Assembly: GCA_951406725.2 (NCBI GenBank)
Contig: OX597825.1
Coordinates: forward strand, 5,208,001 to 5,272,000
DNA length: 64,000 bases
Source of the DNA: Octopus vulgaris
Lineage: Eukaryota
Direction of reading: 5' to 3'
The notes under the pieces are model-generated. The model saw only the letters and a program-made list of their open reading frames with translations. It was not told the origin of the DNA and did not search any database. Shown here piece by piece: positions 26,200 to 40,017 of the stretch. Each line of letters begins with the position of its first letter. The first letter of the stretch is position 1. Position numbers and translations under genes: made by a program.

Positions 26200-26314
26200 A
26201 TAGAGGGCACCTTTACACATAGATGCCTCACGCTAGGAGGGACTCTTAAAGTCAAAAGTTTTGACTTTAAGAGTCCCTCCTAACGTGAGGCATCTATGTG
26301 TAAGTACCCTCTAT
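26199..26314. mobile_element. Fold-back palindrome, probable TA-flanked MITE
   Basis: tatagagggcacctttacacatagatgcctcacgctaggagggactcttaaagtcaaaa-g-ttttgactttaagagtccctcctaacgtgaggcatctatgtgtaagtaccctctata. Confidence 0.8.
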
Positions 26315-26417
26315 ATAATATAAATAAATAAATTTAAAGGAAAAAATTGATGGGTTTTTTCCCTTATGGGGTTTTCCCGCTAACTACTTGATAAATTCAT
26401 ATGAAGATTTTATCCTA

Positions 26418-26463
<46 letters not shown>

Positions 26464-26756
26464 CGATCTGTCAATATGTACGTGCATAATTTGATAAAGC
26501 TGGTCAACTTTTGAATGAAACTTTGACTCACTCATTATCTAAGCCAAGTTGGTAACTTTAAAATTCTAACACTGCATCTGTTGGCGTTTATCTTTTGATT
26601 CCCAGTTTGTGTTATTAAATTCAATAGAAATTAAATTCTTCCGAAAACACCGGACGTGTTTATGTCTCCGACTTCTTTCATAACATTACATTCAGTATCC
26701 AGAAATGATTTACTTCTTGTAAACTGTACATAATAATACACATATCCTCCTTGATG

Positions 26757-26991
26757 ATAAACATATCGACTTTTATTGATTTGTTGGATATATCTTAGCA
26801 TCTCTGTGTTATCTTATTACAAACTAAATTACAACTTGTTCCTATCTATTTCTGATAAATATTCATGATATTCATTTGTTTTGCATTTTACTTCTAAATT
26901 GATGTTATATTCCAACGATGTTTTCATGAATTATCAGATAAACTCGTTTGAAGATAATTTTTTTTATATTTCTCAATGTTAGTGGAATGGT
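26757..26991 (-). repeat. Right arm of ~230-bp inverted duplication
   Basis: See 25481-25712. Confidence 0.93.
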
Positions 26992-27111
26992 ATTTGGTTT
27001 GTGCCATTTGGTGCTAAACTCAAAGCTAGTGGGGTACACAATCTGCTTGAAGCTTCCTGTCCTTCCAAATATTTGGAGTGTTATTAGTTTCCTTTGTCTT
27101 AACAATACAAG

Positions 27112-27475
<364 letters not shown>

Positions 27476-27481
27476 TTAATA

Positions 27482-28311
27482 CAGGGTATCCCAGAATTAA
27501 AACTTAAAGCGCGACAGGTCACGCTCGTGGCCGTCAGGCACAGGTCACCAGGCCACGATCGTGGCCCAGATATGTGCATTTCATTTATGGGCGTCTGTTG
27601 GGGGTCTAATGTCACTCAAACGCTCTGATGTACCCCCCAGAATGCAAGAGGACTAATAGTTCAACTAATGACTTTTCAGATGATGTAAAACATTTTAACT
27701 ATTTTTTTTTATGTGTTCATGGTAGTCTCATTTTCACAAAATGCGCTCAGCAGTTCATGCTATGTAAGTGCAAATCCTAGCGCTTTACGGGTTAACTATC
27801 TATTTCAGTGAAATCGAACATGTTTTTAAAACTCACTTTTATTTTTGTTTATAATGTTTAATATGTATTAAAATTGTATAAATTTTTCATTTTGTTTATA
27901 ATTGTATAATTCTTATAATTTTTCTTGTAATTTTATTTTCTTTCCCGTTGGATTCCACTTATCTGTCCAAGGCGGCTTTTTTTCAATTTGGCTGCACACA
28001 TTTTCTTTACCTCCAGCTTCAGGAAGGACCAATAGTTTAGCTGAACTTAAAGAAAGCATTCAGTTAGCAGTGCAAGAGATAACTCCTGAAATGCTTCAAA
28101 ATGCGTCTCGCACGCTAAAGATAGATTTGACATTTGCTGGGATACAGACGGAGCACATGTTGAAAAAATTTCAATAAAATTTTGACGTGAGATTTATAAA
28201 TATATTTGTTTTGGTATCATAATTAAATAATAGACATAAAATTGTCTGTTTTCTTTTAAAATTAATTTGCTCGTTTTCATTGAAATAGGTTGTTGATCCT
28301 AAGACATTCTG
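27482..28311 (+). mobile_element. Deleted Tc1/mariner-superfamily transposon with transposase C-terminus relic
   Basis: TA|cagggtatcccagaatt ... gatcctaagacattctg|TA imperfect TIRs; 28025-28165 encodes RTNSLAELKESIQLAVQEITPEMLQNA then, after a frameshift, DICWDTDGAHVE. Confidence 0.75.
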
Positions 28312-28419
28312 TATAAGAAATAACTAATTGTTTATTAGTTAATCAGTTCAGTTATCACATAGAAATTGCTTAATATTTGTTTTCTCGACAATGATAATCA
28401 GTGATAACGGTATCCAAAC

Positions 28420-28780
28420 GGGCGTGGCTGTGTTTCCTCCACAAACACATGGTTTCTGGTTCAGTTACACTGCGAGGCATCCTGGACATGTATCTTCTAC
28501 TACAGGCCCAGGCCGACCAAAACTTTAAGTGGGTTTTGTAAACGGAAGCTGTGTGAATGTGGTGGGGCGAGCATCTTTGTGTTTGTCCCCACTACTGCTT
28601 GACCAACCCATGTTGGTTTGTTTACGTCCTTGTAACTTAGCGATCTGGCAAAATGAGGCCGAAAGAATAAGTACCAGACTTTAAAAAGCAGAAACACTGG
28701 TGTCCCATTGTTCAATTAAACCCTTCAAGGTAGTGCTCCAGCATTGCCGCTGATCGATGACCGAAACAAGTAAAAGATAG
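28420..28780 (+). mobile_element. SINE family B (diverged)
   Basis: ggcgtggctgtg...cttctactacaggcccaggccgaccaaa...gtgctccagcattgccgc. Confidence 0.8.
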
Positions 28781-29539
28781 ACGACTGGGCGACAGCACCG
28801 CTGACCAAATAGGAACCAGTTAAAATTGACCCCATAGGCCAACAGTCGCTATTACATTACATTACATCAGTTACATTGTGAATGTTACTATTAAACAATG
28901 TAACTATTAAACATATGACTATAAAACGTATTCTATCGCCCTACAACACTCAGTCATTCAATAAATCATTACATCGATCATATAACAGTAAAATTATAAG
29001 AAAGAAAAACTTCAGTGTATTGCAAGTCTGTGTCTTGTCCAGAGGTCGTATAACACAAATAGACGCTAGCTCAGAAGTAGACAGAAGAGACAAGAACCCT
29101 TGAGGTTTTCAATAGTTGACAAGATTATCAATATAGCTGACGTCTTTAAAAAGAAATGTGCTTGTGGTTGTCGAGTCGTTGATAAGACGGCCAATAAAGA
29201 ATAACATTTTACAGCTACTTATGTTCTTGATAATTCAGTCCAAAAGAGAGGAGACGGCTGATATTGCTGAACTTTTAAATATCATAGTTTTTAGTCTTTC
29301 TTCTCGCAAAGCACTCTGTTCAAATCTAGCCAGGGGCGATTTTATATTGCACTGAAATTGATTGACAAAGTTTTTCGGACTATTTTCTTCTTCTGAGAGA
29401 CGAAATTTTTTTTCTTTTCAATAATTCCGCCTGTGCAACAGCTTATTTCTGTTTTACACACGATATATCACTCTATATTCGAAGTATTAATTTTGCTGAG
29501 TAAGTTAAGTGTAATAACGCACATTTAACTGTAATTGTC

Positions 29540-29848
29540 CGACATCGAGTGTTCCAGTTGATCCGATCAACGGAACAGCCTGCTCGTAAATTGAATGTGC
29601 ATGTGGTTGAGCACTCCACAGACACCCGTACCCTTAAAGTAGTTCTCAGGGAGATTCAGCGTGACACAGAATGTGGCAAGGCTTGTCTTTTGAATTACGT
29701 ATAAAACTCATGCTTTCCAGTTGAGTGGATTGGAGCGCAGAGAAATAAAGTGTCTTGCTGAAGGGTACAACACGCCTCTGTGAATCGAACTTACGACCTT
29801 ACAATCGAGAGCCGAATACCTACCCTTATCAGTGGGTTACGCACCTTC
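29540..29848 (-). mobile_element. SINE family C2
   Basis: ttccagttgatccgatcaacggaacagcctgctcgt...gattcagcgtgacacaga...gagccgaatacc. Confidence 0.82.
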
Positions 29849-30394
29849 ACGCATATCTACTAGGTAACAGACGATGTACAAATATTGAAATTTCGACCAC
29901 ATCTGTTCACCTTCAAATAATTTGAACGCAGAAGGTAATGCCAACCATACTGAGCTGGTGACACCATTGGGCCTACAGCTTAAATTATTTGATGATAATA
30001 GGTTTCTGCTGTGGTTTTCTATTACTTTCAGAAATTTCAGCTTTTCAAGGTAGAATCATTATTTTCGTTAAAACCTTACTACAGTTTCTTGGTCTCAAAA
30101 TTTCTGTCCTTGTGTCAACATTTGGAACCAATACTGTGTACGCACCACGGAATAAGAGACCAGCTGAATATTGGAGACTGAATAGACCGAAATGCAGATG
30201 AAAATATTCTTTCTATTTTTGTGGTTTTGCCAATTCTGAGCCAGCAAATCTGAGGCGAGCAGAAAGCCGATAACATTGGCCCGAGCATAGAACTGGTATT
30301 TTTCATCGAACAGGAAAAGATGAAAGAAAAAGTCGGCCATGGGGAAATTTGAACTCACAACATAAAAATCAGAATTCAGATTAAAATATTTTTT

Positions 30395-30610
30395 TCTATC
30401 TTTTACTTTTTCCAGTCATTAAATTGTGGCCTCGCTGGAGCACATCATTGAAGAATTTTTAGTCGAACGTATCGACCCCAGTACTTATTTCTTTTAAAAC
30501 CTGGTACTTATTCTATCGGTCCGAAAAGCTACGTTACGGGGGGCGTAAGTACACCAGCACCGGTTGTCGAGCGGTGGCGGGGGAGGGACAAGCACAGACA
30601 GAAAGATACA
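30395..30610 (-). mobile_element. SINE family B, 3' half
   Basis: gctggagcac...cctggtacttattctatcgg...accagcaccggttgtcgagcgg. Confidence 0.78.
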
Positions 30611-31034
30611 CATATAGACTCAAATATTGAAAACGTAATCCATTTAACAAGACGTCTCAGACAATTAGAAAATTAAGTAGAATTAATAAACTGGGATTGG
30701 TTCAATCGATAATTTTACTTTTATCAAAATTAGTTTGAAAACTCTGGCTTTCTAACCTCCAGCTTACTTTTTAACTTTCCGATTAAGAATACCGCATATA
30801 CCAATAAATAACTGAAGATGAGCAGATTGCATAAAATTTAGCATGTCTATTTTATAATAATTACTGGTATCATTATATATTACCATATTTTATATCTTAT
30901 ATCTTATATGTAAAGAATAATATGTAACGAATAATATGTGTATTAATAATTGGGTATTCTACCAGCAGTATATTGGATAGATATTATCCCTTAGTGGGTT
31001 GGATTCACAAACCCAAACTTTCTTGAAATTATAT

Positions 31035-31075
<41 letters not shown>

Positions 31076-31254
31076 TAAACCAAACCAGAAAGGCTTCGTA
31101 AATTACGTAGAGAAAGCTACTATGGAAGACTCATGTAAGCGTTGATAAGTGGGTTCGATTCTGACTATGGCTGGCTCATCATTTTTCAGTCATTTATATT
31201 TAAAAGATGTCACTATAGGATAATATATATTAAGATATATCATTATATAGTATA

Positions 31255-31290
<36 letters not shown>

Positions 31291-31377
31291 TATATATACA
31301 CAGATGTGTGTGAGAATGTGTGTGGATGTGTGTGTGTAAGGAAACACATGAATATGTACATATGTAGGCATGTATGC

Positions 31378-31408
<31 letters not shown>

Positions 31409-31854
31409 TATTCCAAAAGTATGATGACAAGACTTTGTTACTTGACCCTGCCCACAAATTAATCGCTGGTCAAGGACGAAAGACTGGAAGCGAATATATA
31501 TATATATGAAATATCCGGTTAAACTTACAATTTTACCAGACAGTCTGGCGCTGTCTGTTGTATTATTTCAGGTTCCCAAATTAACACCGCATATTAAGGA
31601 AGTGGCGGACGTCCTTGTAACAGTTACAAGTTAATGACCACCGCCTCGGTTTTGACTCCCAACTGCAGGCGATACACTTGACCTATTTCACTTATGGATT
31701 CCACTTGGCCATCACAACTTCCTCCGAGACGCAGCCCTTGGATGTAAGATGTCGCAACGAAAGTGGAATAAAGGTAGAGAAAAAGCAGATCTGTAAAGCA
31801 ACGGATAAAATGCTTATTAGTATTTTGGGTCGGTTAAGGCCTCGACCTAGCAGA

Positions 31855-32050
31855 ACCATTAGCACACCGGGCTGATTGCTTAGCGGCATTTTCGTCCGTC
31901 TTTACGTTCTGAGTTCAAATTCCGCCGAGATCCACTTTGCCTTTCATCATTTCGGGGGCAATAAAATAAGTACCTTTTGAGCACAGGGGTTGATATAATC
32001 GACTTACTCCCTCTGCAAAAACTGCCGGCCTTGTGCTAAATTTTGACACG
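31855..32050 (+). mobile_element. SINE family A, tail b
   Basis: ttagcacaccgggc...gagttcaaattccgccgag...ggccttgtgctaaatttt. Confidence 0.82.
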
Positions 32051-32223
32051 AGTATTTTGGGTCGGTTATTGTTCAATTTCTTCTGCGACGTATTGCAATA
32101 TTGAATACATCACCATCGTTTTCGCTCCCAACTCTTTGAGTTCAAATTCCACTGAGGTCAAATTATTTGGCTTCAATTCTTTCAGAATCTTTAAATAAGG
32201 TACAATCTTCCTACAAACATCTG

Positions 32224-32309
<86 letters not shown>

Positions 32310-32571
32310 CCTTCTTTCTCTCTCATTCTCTCTTTATCTGTCTCTTTTAAGAAGACATTAACTGAGGTCACACTGAGAGAAGGATTGTCTTTGCCAGGTC
32401 AGAAGATGTCCAAATCATACTGTGTATTTCGTTGCCGTCTTCTAGCTAAAAATGATTCATTTAGATTGAAGGTTCCAATAAGACTTTCGTAAAATCGTAT
32501 TACTTTCTGAATTCCGATAATTTTTACTTTTCGTCCTCTACAGCCAACGAGTATCAGCAACATTAATTTAA

Positions 32572-32795
32572 CCCATCAAGTCCCACTGTCCTATAAACAG
32601 GACACTAAATGAAAACATCAAATAAGCTATATCACATTGTCTCAGTGTCCTATTTATAGGACACCGAGTATTTTCATTTCTACTTGAAGCAAAGGAGTTT
32701 TAATAATGATTTTTTTTCATTTTAACCCATTTTCAATCATCTGTAAAAAGTTTTAAGTAATATTCAAAAATTTAAATACTGTGGGGCTTAATGGG
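32572..32795. mobile_element. piggyBac-type MITE
   Basis: TTAA|cccatcaagtcccac ... gtggggcttaatggg|TTAA; internal repeated palindrome tgtcctat...aggaca. Confidence 0.85.
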
Positions 32796-33009
32796 TTAAG
32801 TTGCAGCAATCAGGAACTGCACCAAACTTATCTCCCTACAGAAGCAAACTGAGTGTTGTGCATTATCCAGTTGTTAGAATGTCGGTCTAAATATCTTGCG
32901 GTGATTAGTAATGAACCTTTAAGTTGTGAGTTCACATCTTATTAGGTCGATTCTGTATTTTATCCAACAGGGGTTAATAAATAAAGTACCAGTGAATTTC
33001 TGGAATCAG

Positions 33010-33362
33010 CTTAAAGTGTATTTGTAAAAGAAATATCGTTTTAACGGGTGACGTGTAAGCAGTTAGGTAGTCCCCCGCTGACGAAATTGAGCCAATTTAC
33101 GACACAAGAAAAGCGAAGGTTGTTCCCTGTAAATTAACAATAAAACCGTCTAGAAGTAGAACAAAAACATCAACAATATCATTTGAACAATTAAAAATGT
33201 ATTTTAGTGGACATGTCAAGTATGGAAGAAATAAGGACAATATTTTATGTTCCATTGACACGGTTCTTTCACGATAATAACGTGTGCAATGATGGAAATC
33301 TTCAAATAATAATTGTGTGATTTTATTACGGGCAGTAAAAATGGCTGATATCTGCCGCGCAC
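33010..33362 (-). repeat. Old dispersed repeat, inverted homologue of 38218-38570
   Basis: Shared blocks actgcccgtaataaaa, tccttatttcttccatacttgacat, gttttattgtta. Confidence 0.85.
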
Positions 33363-33394
33363 ACATAAATGCATACATATACACAAATACATGC

Positions 33395-33661
<267 letters not shown>

Positions 33662-35168
33662 AGACAATGTATAAATAGTAGATATTACATATTATTTTAC
33701 TGTAGTAAGTTCGACTTACAGTTGTTTCCGATAATTATTATAGGTTCGTTCCTTGATTAATTGTTCCATTGATCGGTGATCGGTTGAGAAAAATTGAACG
33801 ACCTTGAATGATTAATGCTATTCTTATAGGAGATATGGTACTCTGATGAGAGTCAAGTTATAAAAAGACGAATTTAACGCTAATCTGAAGAGTTATTCAA
33901 TACTATTTCTGCAGTAAATGTTTATGAAACTTTTATAAGAATAAGGTTGACAGTAACTTCAATAAGTTTCGGCCTCGTCTCGCAAAGACTACTCCGCTGA
34001 AACTGCGAAGTCACTCTCTTCCGTCTTCTTGTAAATTTTAATATATATGTTGCATGTTTGTGTGTGTGCGTGTGTGTGTGTGTGTGCATATATATATATC
34101 TATATATCTGTATACAGACAAAAGTGTTAAATATGTAAACAACGAGAGAAAAATGGAGAGCAGGGCAAGTAAACACAGAGAAAGAACCCTTCACCAGTAT
34201 TTGGCTGTCTATCTACTCCTCATTTTGAGCATTCAACGACAATATGAGTCTCCAAAGACTGTTGCTCCCATAAATTCTAAAATAAAATTGAGGATTTATG
34301 GAGGGTCAAATTTGGGAACAAAAGCAGAACAGGGGAAACATACAAGGAACGAAAACAAACATGGAAGGACGTTAGAACAGAACGAGAGGAAAATATTGAA
34401 CGCTGGGAGAAATATTTTCTTTGAAAAGAGAAAAGATGGAAGAAAGAGAAAAGAATGTCCAGTCCTTTGAAAGTCCGCGCAGAGAAAGAAAGAAGGTCAT
34501 ATGAGGAAAGGAAAGGTGGCCAATAGTCATGTGTGGGTAACGAAAATGAAAAAAGAGAAACATGGGAGAGAGGGAGAGAGAGAGAGAGAGAGAGAGATAA
34601 AGGCAGATAAAAGATGGTGAAAAAGGGATGGGGAGAAAATACCTATAAACACACACATATATGTATATGTATATATGTCAATCTGTACATGTGTATATGT
34701 ATTAGATTGTAAATGTGTCTACATAAGCTGTATCGTTCAAGTGAATTTAAAAGACAAGCAAAAGAATAGTATTTTATCTAATGTTCAAGCCGGTTCTGAA
34801 TGTATAGTAATTTTAATATGAATTTAAGCCGAGTTTAAAATATTTACACAAAAGCATGTGATTCACTATACAAGAATGTACTTTCCTATGCAACAATGTG
34901 TCTAACAATACAACAATGTCACTTAATTACAGTTCCTGCTGCTATGTATGTATTTACCCAGATATTATTATCGCTGCTATGTAAGCATTTACCTGACGAC
35001 AGTTGTTAAAATGTGAAAGTACTCGTGAAAATACAACAAAAAATTAAATAAATTGGGCAAATACGAGTAGGATGGAATTTAATAGAGTAAATGTAAGAAA
35101 ACATACCAAATAAACAATATACGTACGTGCATATAAATATATATATATACATACATACATATATATAT

Positions 35169-35211
<43 letters not shown>

Positions 35212-35878
35212 GAAGAAGAAGAAGAAGAAGAAGAAGAAGAAGAAGAAGAAGAAGAAAAAGAAGAATATTGCAACAAAGGAATAAATATATATTATGTAGA
35301 GGAATATCTATAATATATATATATATATTTGTATATATATATATATCATATATATACACATCCATGTATATATATATATATATATGCATTTGTGTGTATA
35401 TATACATATTAATATAATTATATATCTTTATACACATAATATAGATATATACGCACAATCATATATATATGTATATATATTGTACATAAATATATATAAA
35501 CATATAATACATACATACATACACATAAATATTAATGCATATTAGTGAGAAGATCCCTGTACAAATTATGAATTTTTAAACTTATTTTTACAGTTATATT
35601 TAATGCATAATAACTGAAAAGTCAGAAATCAGGAATCTACACATTATTAGCGAAGGACCATAACTTCTGCATTGAATAATATATACAAATATCTGCTTAA
35701 ACTTCTATACAATCTACATATTTTCATTGTTCCGTTTACAAATTTAATTAACAGGTTATATGGTTGAAGGTATTTTCTATTCAAGAATACAGGTAAAACA
35801 TTTTTGGTCATAATCACATGTGACACTGTACGTCTATATGTATGTTTGTTTATGCATATATATATATATGTGTGTGTG

Positions 35879-36142
<264 letters not shown>

Positions 36143-36149
36143 CCAAATA

Positions 36150-36417
36150 GGTATTGCATCGAATGTTGAGCGATTGCTTGGGAAAAGTATGGCGAATTGG
36201 AGGACGGGCCTGACAGGATACGGAAGAAGTTTAGGGAGAATAGAAATCAGGAGGGGTATCTTCAAGGGGAGTGATTGTCCCCACTGATCTTTCTACTTTG
36301 CTTGATACCACTAACACCGATTCTGAGGAAAGCAAATGTTGGGTATGTATTCAAAAGCCGCCAGCAAAAAAGTCAACCATTTGTTATTTATGGATGATCT
36401 CAAGCTTTATGGTAAAT
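36150..36417 (+). pseudogene. Non-LTR retrotransposon RT fragment, R4/Dong-like
   Basis: GIASNVERLLGKSMANWRTGLTGYGRSLGRIEIRRGIF / LSPLIFLLCLIPLTPILRKANVGYVF / KVNHLLFMDDLKLYGK, with two frameshifts. Confidence 0.9.
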
Positions 36418-36421
36418 ATGA

Positions 36422-36508
<87 letters not shown>

Positions 36509-36549
36509 TAAAAAAAATGAAGTTAACGCAGGTGTAATCAAATATTTTT

Positions 36550-36635
36550 ACTTTCGACACATGTTTCGAAAATTCCACTGATACTATTCAAAAGAATAAA
36601 TGGTATGAACAATGCAATCTTCTCCTCAGGAAAGT
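36550..36635 (-). ncRNA. Type I hammerhead ribozyme motif
   Basis: Minus strand: actttc-CTGAGGA-gaagatt...aattttc-GAAA-catgtg-TC-gaaagt. 6-bp stem I, GUC triplet. Confidence 0.85.
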
Positions 36636-36671
36636 GAAAAAAACGAAACTCGTCAAGAAGACATTTTAGCA

Positions 36672-36776
<105 letters not shown>

Positions 36777-37507
36777 CCTCTGCTTTCAGTGTTAAGTTAC
36801 TTTTGTTTTAATTTGACGAATAAAGCAAATAATTACCAAAATGTTGCAAAACTCAACACAATACATTTGTATGTATGTATAAATGTTTCTTTCTCAGTGA
36901 CATCAAAGCCATTATAGTTCCCAGTCATAAAACGATAGGCAACTTACTGTAACTTCTGAGGAAAAAAGACCCTCACTTTATTGCGTCCAAAGTTGATTTA
37001 AATTGGCAAAAGGAAAATACCCAAATTAATTTTTGTATTACAAGTTAGTGAGTGACATCTCCATTATAAATTCAATAAAATTTGAATGAATTTATTTTCA
37101 TTATTGAATGACTAAGTTGTAGACGTGAGCCGTGTGTAGAAATAATCACCATCATAAATATGAGTTTAATGTCATAAACTAGTACAACAGTTCTGCCATG
37201 AACGGGAGTGCGAGGCATTTCTTGCTGTATGGGAAAAATAATATCAACACTTTCAAGTTAAATTCACCAGAAAACTTTAAAGTGAAAGTAACAGCACCGG
37301 TGTTCGAATTGAGCATGGAGGAAAGGTAAATTATCATAATACCCTACACCTATACAGCACCTGGATTCTTGGCAGGTGGGGTTGAGGATATTACTTAAGC
37401 ATATTGTGATATTCATCTATATATTTATCCATCCATCCATCTCTCTCTCTCTCTCTCACTCACTCTCTCCCTGCTTCCCTCTTTCTCTCTCTCTCTCTCT
37501 CTCTCTC

Positions 37508-37548
<41 letters not shown>

Positions 37549-37695
37549 CAATTTAGCTAGGTGCAAAATTCACCTAAGGGTTATTAAATATCCAAAGAAT
37601 TTGTTGGTTTGTATTACCTATTTCGATAACAATGTTATTCCAATAGGTAAATAAAAAATAAGCATAAGTTTATTAATATATAAATATAAATAAGA

Positions 37696-37843
37696 AATGG
37701 AAAACTAAACAATAATTGAACAATTATGAACTCAATTCAATTTAAATATTTTATGCAAACAAATGACGTCTCATTGTGTTTGTATAAAATATTTAAATTG
37801 AATTGTATTCATAATTGTTCAATTTATAATTTTGTTTTCCATT
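37696..37843. repeat. AT-rich ~148-bp palindrome
   Basis: aatggaaaac...aattgaacaattatgaa...caattcaatttaaatattttat versus ataaaatatttaaattgaattg...ttcataattgttcaatt...gttttccatt. Confidence 0.88.
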
Positions 37844-37854
37844 ATATATATACT

Positions 37855-38190
37855 GGTGCAGACATGGCTGTCTGATTGTCAAGTTCGCTTTGCAACAACA
37901 CGGTTTCGGGTTCAGTCTCACTGAGCGATTTCGTAGGCAGAAATTGTGTGGAAACCCGCCATATATATACATAGATAGGTAGATATGTATACGTGTGTCT
38001 GTGTGTCTTTGTGTTAGAGTATGTCATAGCACCATTGCATGACGACAGGTGATTATTTGTATATGTCCCCGTGACATAGCGGTTCAGCAATCGCAAAAGA
38101 ACAGAATAAGGCCAGTCTTTAAAAAGAAGTTCTGCGGGCCATTGTTAATCTAATCTTTTCGAGGCAGCGTCCCAACATGGCTGCTGTAGA
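37855..38190 (+). mobile_element. SINE family B (diverged)
   Basis: ggtgcagacatggctgt...gggttcagtctcactg...gtccccgtgacatagcggttc...cccaacatggctgc. Confidence 0.72.
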
Positions 38191-38217
38191 AGATTAAAGA
38201 TTGTATGCACCTGTCTA

Positions 38218-38570
38218 TGCATGTGGCAGATGTGAGAGCCATTTTAACTGCCCGTAATAAAACCACACAATTATAATCTGAAGATTCACATTATTGCAGC
38301 GTTACTTGTCGTGAACCAACTGTGTCAATGAAACTTAAGACATTATCCTTATTTCTTCCATACTTGACATCTCTACTCAGAGATACTTTTAAACGTTTAG
38401 ATTATGTTCTTGATGTTCTTGTTCGATTTCTAAATTGTTTTATTGTTACTTTAGAAGAAATTACCTTCAGACATATTGTGTCTGTGATTTAGATTTCGTC
38501 TTTGGAAAACTACTGAACTATTTACACATTACCAGTTAATAGGAGATTTGTAGTAAAGATACACTTGATA
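38218..38570 (+). repeat. Old dispersed repeat containing a degenerate hammerhead-like motif (38273-38346)
   Basis: Homologous to 33010-33362; ataat-CTGAAGA...GAAA-cttaag-ac-attat. Confidence 0.8.
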
Positions 38571-38796
38571 TTTAATGAATATAATTACTTTGAGGAATCA
38601 GTATATTTTAGATCTGTGTCTAGAGAGGTAATTAGACAACCAGCATTATATAATCAACATATCATTGGGCAACGTGTGTAGAAGTACCTACATAAAACTA
38701 CAATTGCGAATGCGTATAGAAATACATAACCGGCAATGTATAATGTATATATGTTTATGCACGTATACACATACATATATCTATATATATATATGA

Positions 38797-38873
<77 letters not shown>

Positions 38874-38895
38874 CATATATATATATACATTACGA

Positions 38896-38948
<53 letters not shown>

Positions 38949-39320
38949 TAACGTGTATATGTGTATATGCATATATACATGGAGTTTGTAAATCACATTT
39001 TTAATATCCTAGGGATGGGGAATACAACAAAAGCATGAAGGCTTGTAGAAACGCACGTAACAATGCATTAAAGGATTTACGAATTTCCTTCTAATATAGA
39101 TATATACACTCACACATACATAGAAAATTCTTATAAGCTATCATTATCTTTAAAAAAAAATAATGATAAAGTCGCTCGCAAACATCATCAAAATAGACAA
39201 AATATATATTAAAAGTCAGGGTACAAAATGTACCCGTTTGCTAGAAAAGAGGAATTATAGAAAACAGGTGCATATTGTAACCTCACGTTTAATATAGACG
39301 TATATATATATTATATATAT

Positions 39321-39460
<140 letters not shown>

Positions 39461-39696
39461 CGAGAAATAATTCTTGTTTCTTTTTATGGAAACAAAAAAA
39501 GATACATAGTACTGCAAAGAAGAAGTGCTCAAGTGAAATTGAGACAGAGATAAAAGTCTTGAATATATTCACATATATATATTCACTTACAAGCATTAGC
39601 CGGACCGGTGTGCTACAGTACAAGACACCTTACCCAAGGTGCAAAACGAGCTTCTAAACCACACAGCCAAATCTGCACCTATGCATTACAAACTAC

Positions 39697-39728
<32 letters not shown>

Positions 39729-39758
39729 TGATGATGATGATGATGTTGATGTTGATGA

Positions 39759-39792
<34 letters not shown>

Positions 39793-40017
39793 GGTGATGT
39801 TGGTGATGATGATGATGATGATGTGGTGGTGATGATGGTGGTGATGATGATGATGATGATGATGATAATGATGATGATGATGATGACGACGATGATGATG
39901 ATGACGATGATAATGATGATGATGATGACGACGATGATGATGATGACGATGATGACGACGATGATGATGATGATGACGATGATGACGACGATGATGATGA
40001 TGATGTTAATAATAATA
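39697..40017. repeat. Compound (AAT)n/(GAT)n/(GGT)n/(GAC) trinucleotide repeat
   Basis: Direct inspection. Confidence 0.95.

Noticed and set aside
31411-31489. TA-flanked segment with atgatga...gaaa and ttcca/tggaa
   Set aside because: Core lacks the C, and spacing does not fit hammerhead topology.
33840-34030. Several CTGANGA/GAAA-like words
   Set aside because: Stems incomplete; cannot be distinguished from chance by eye.
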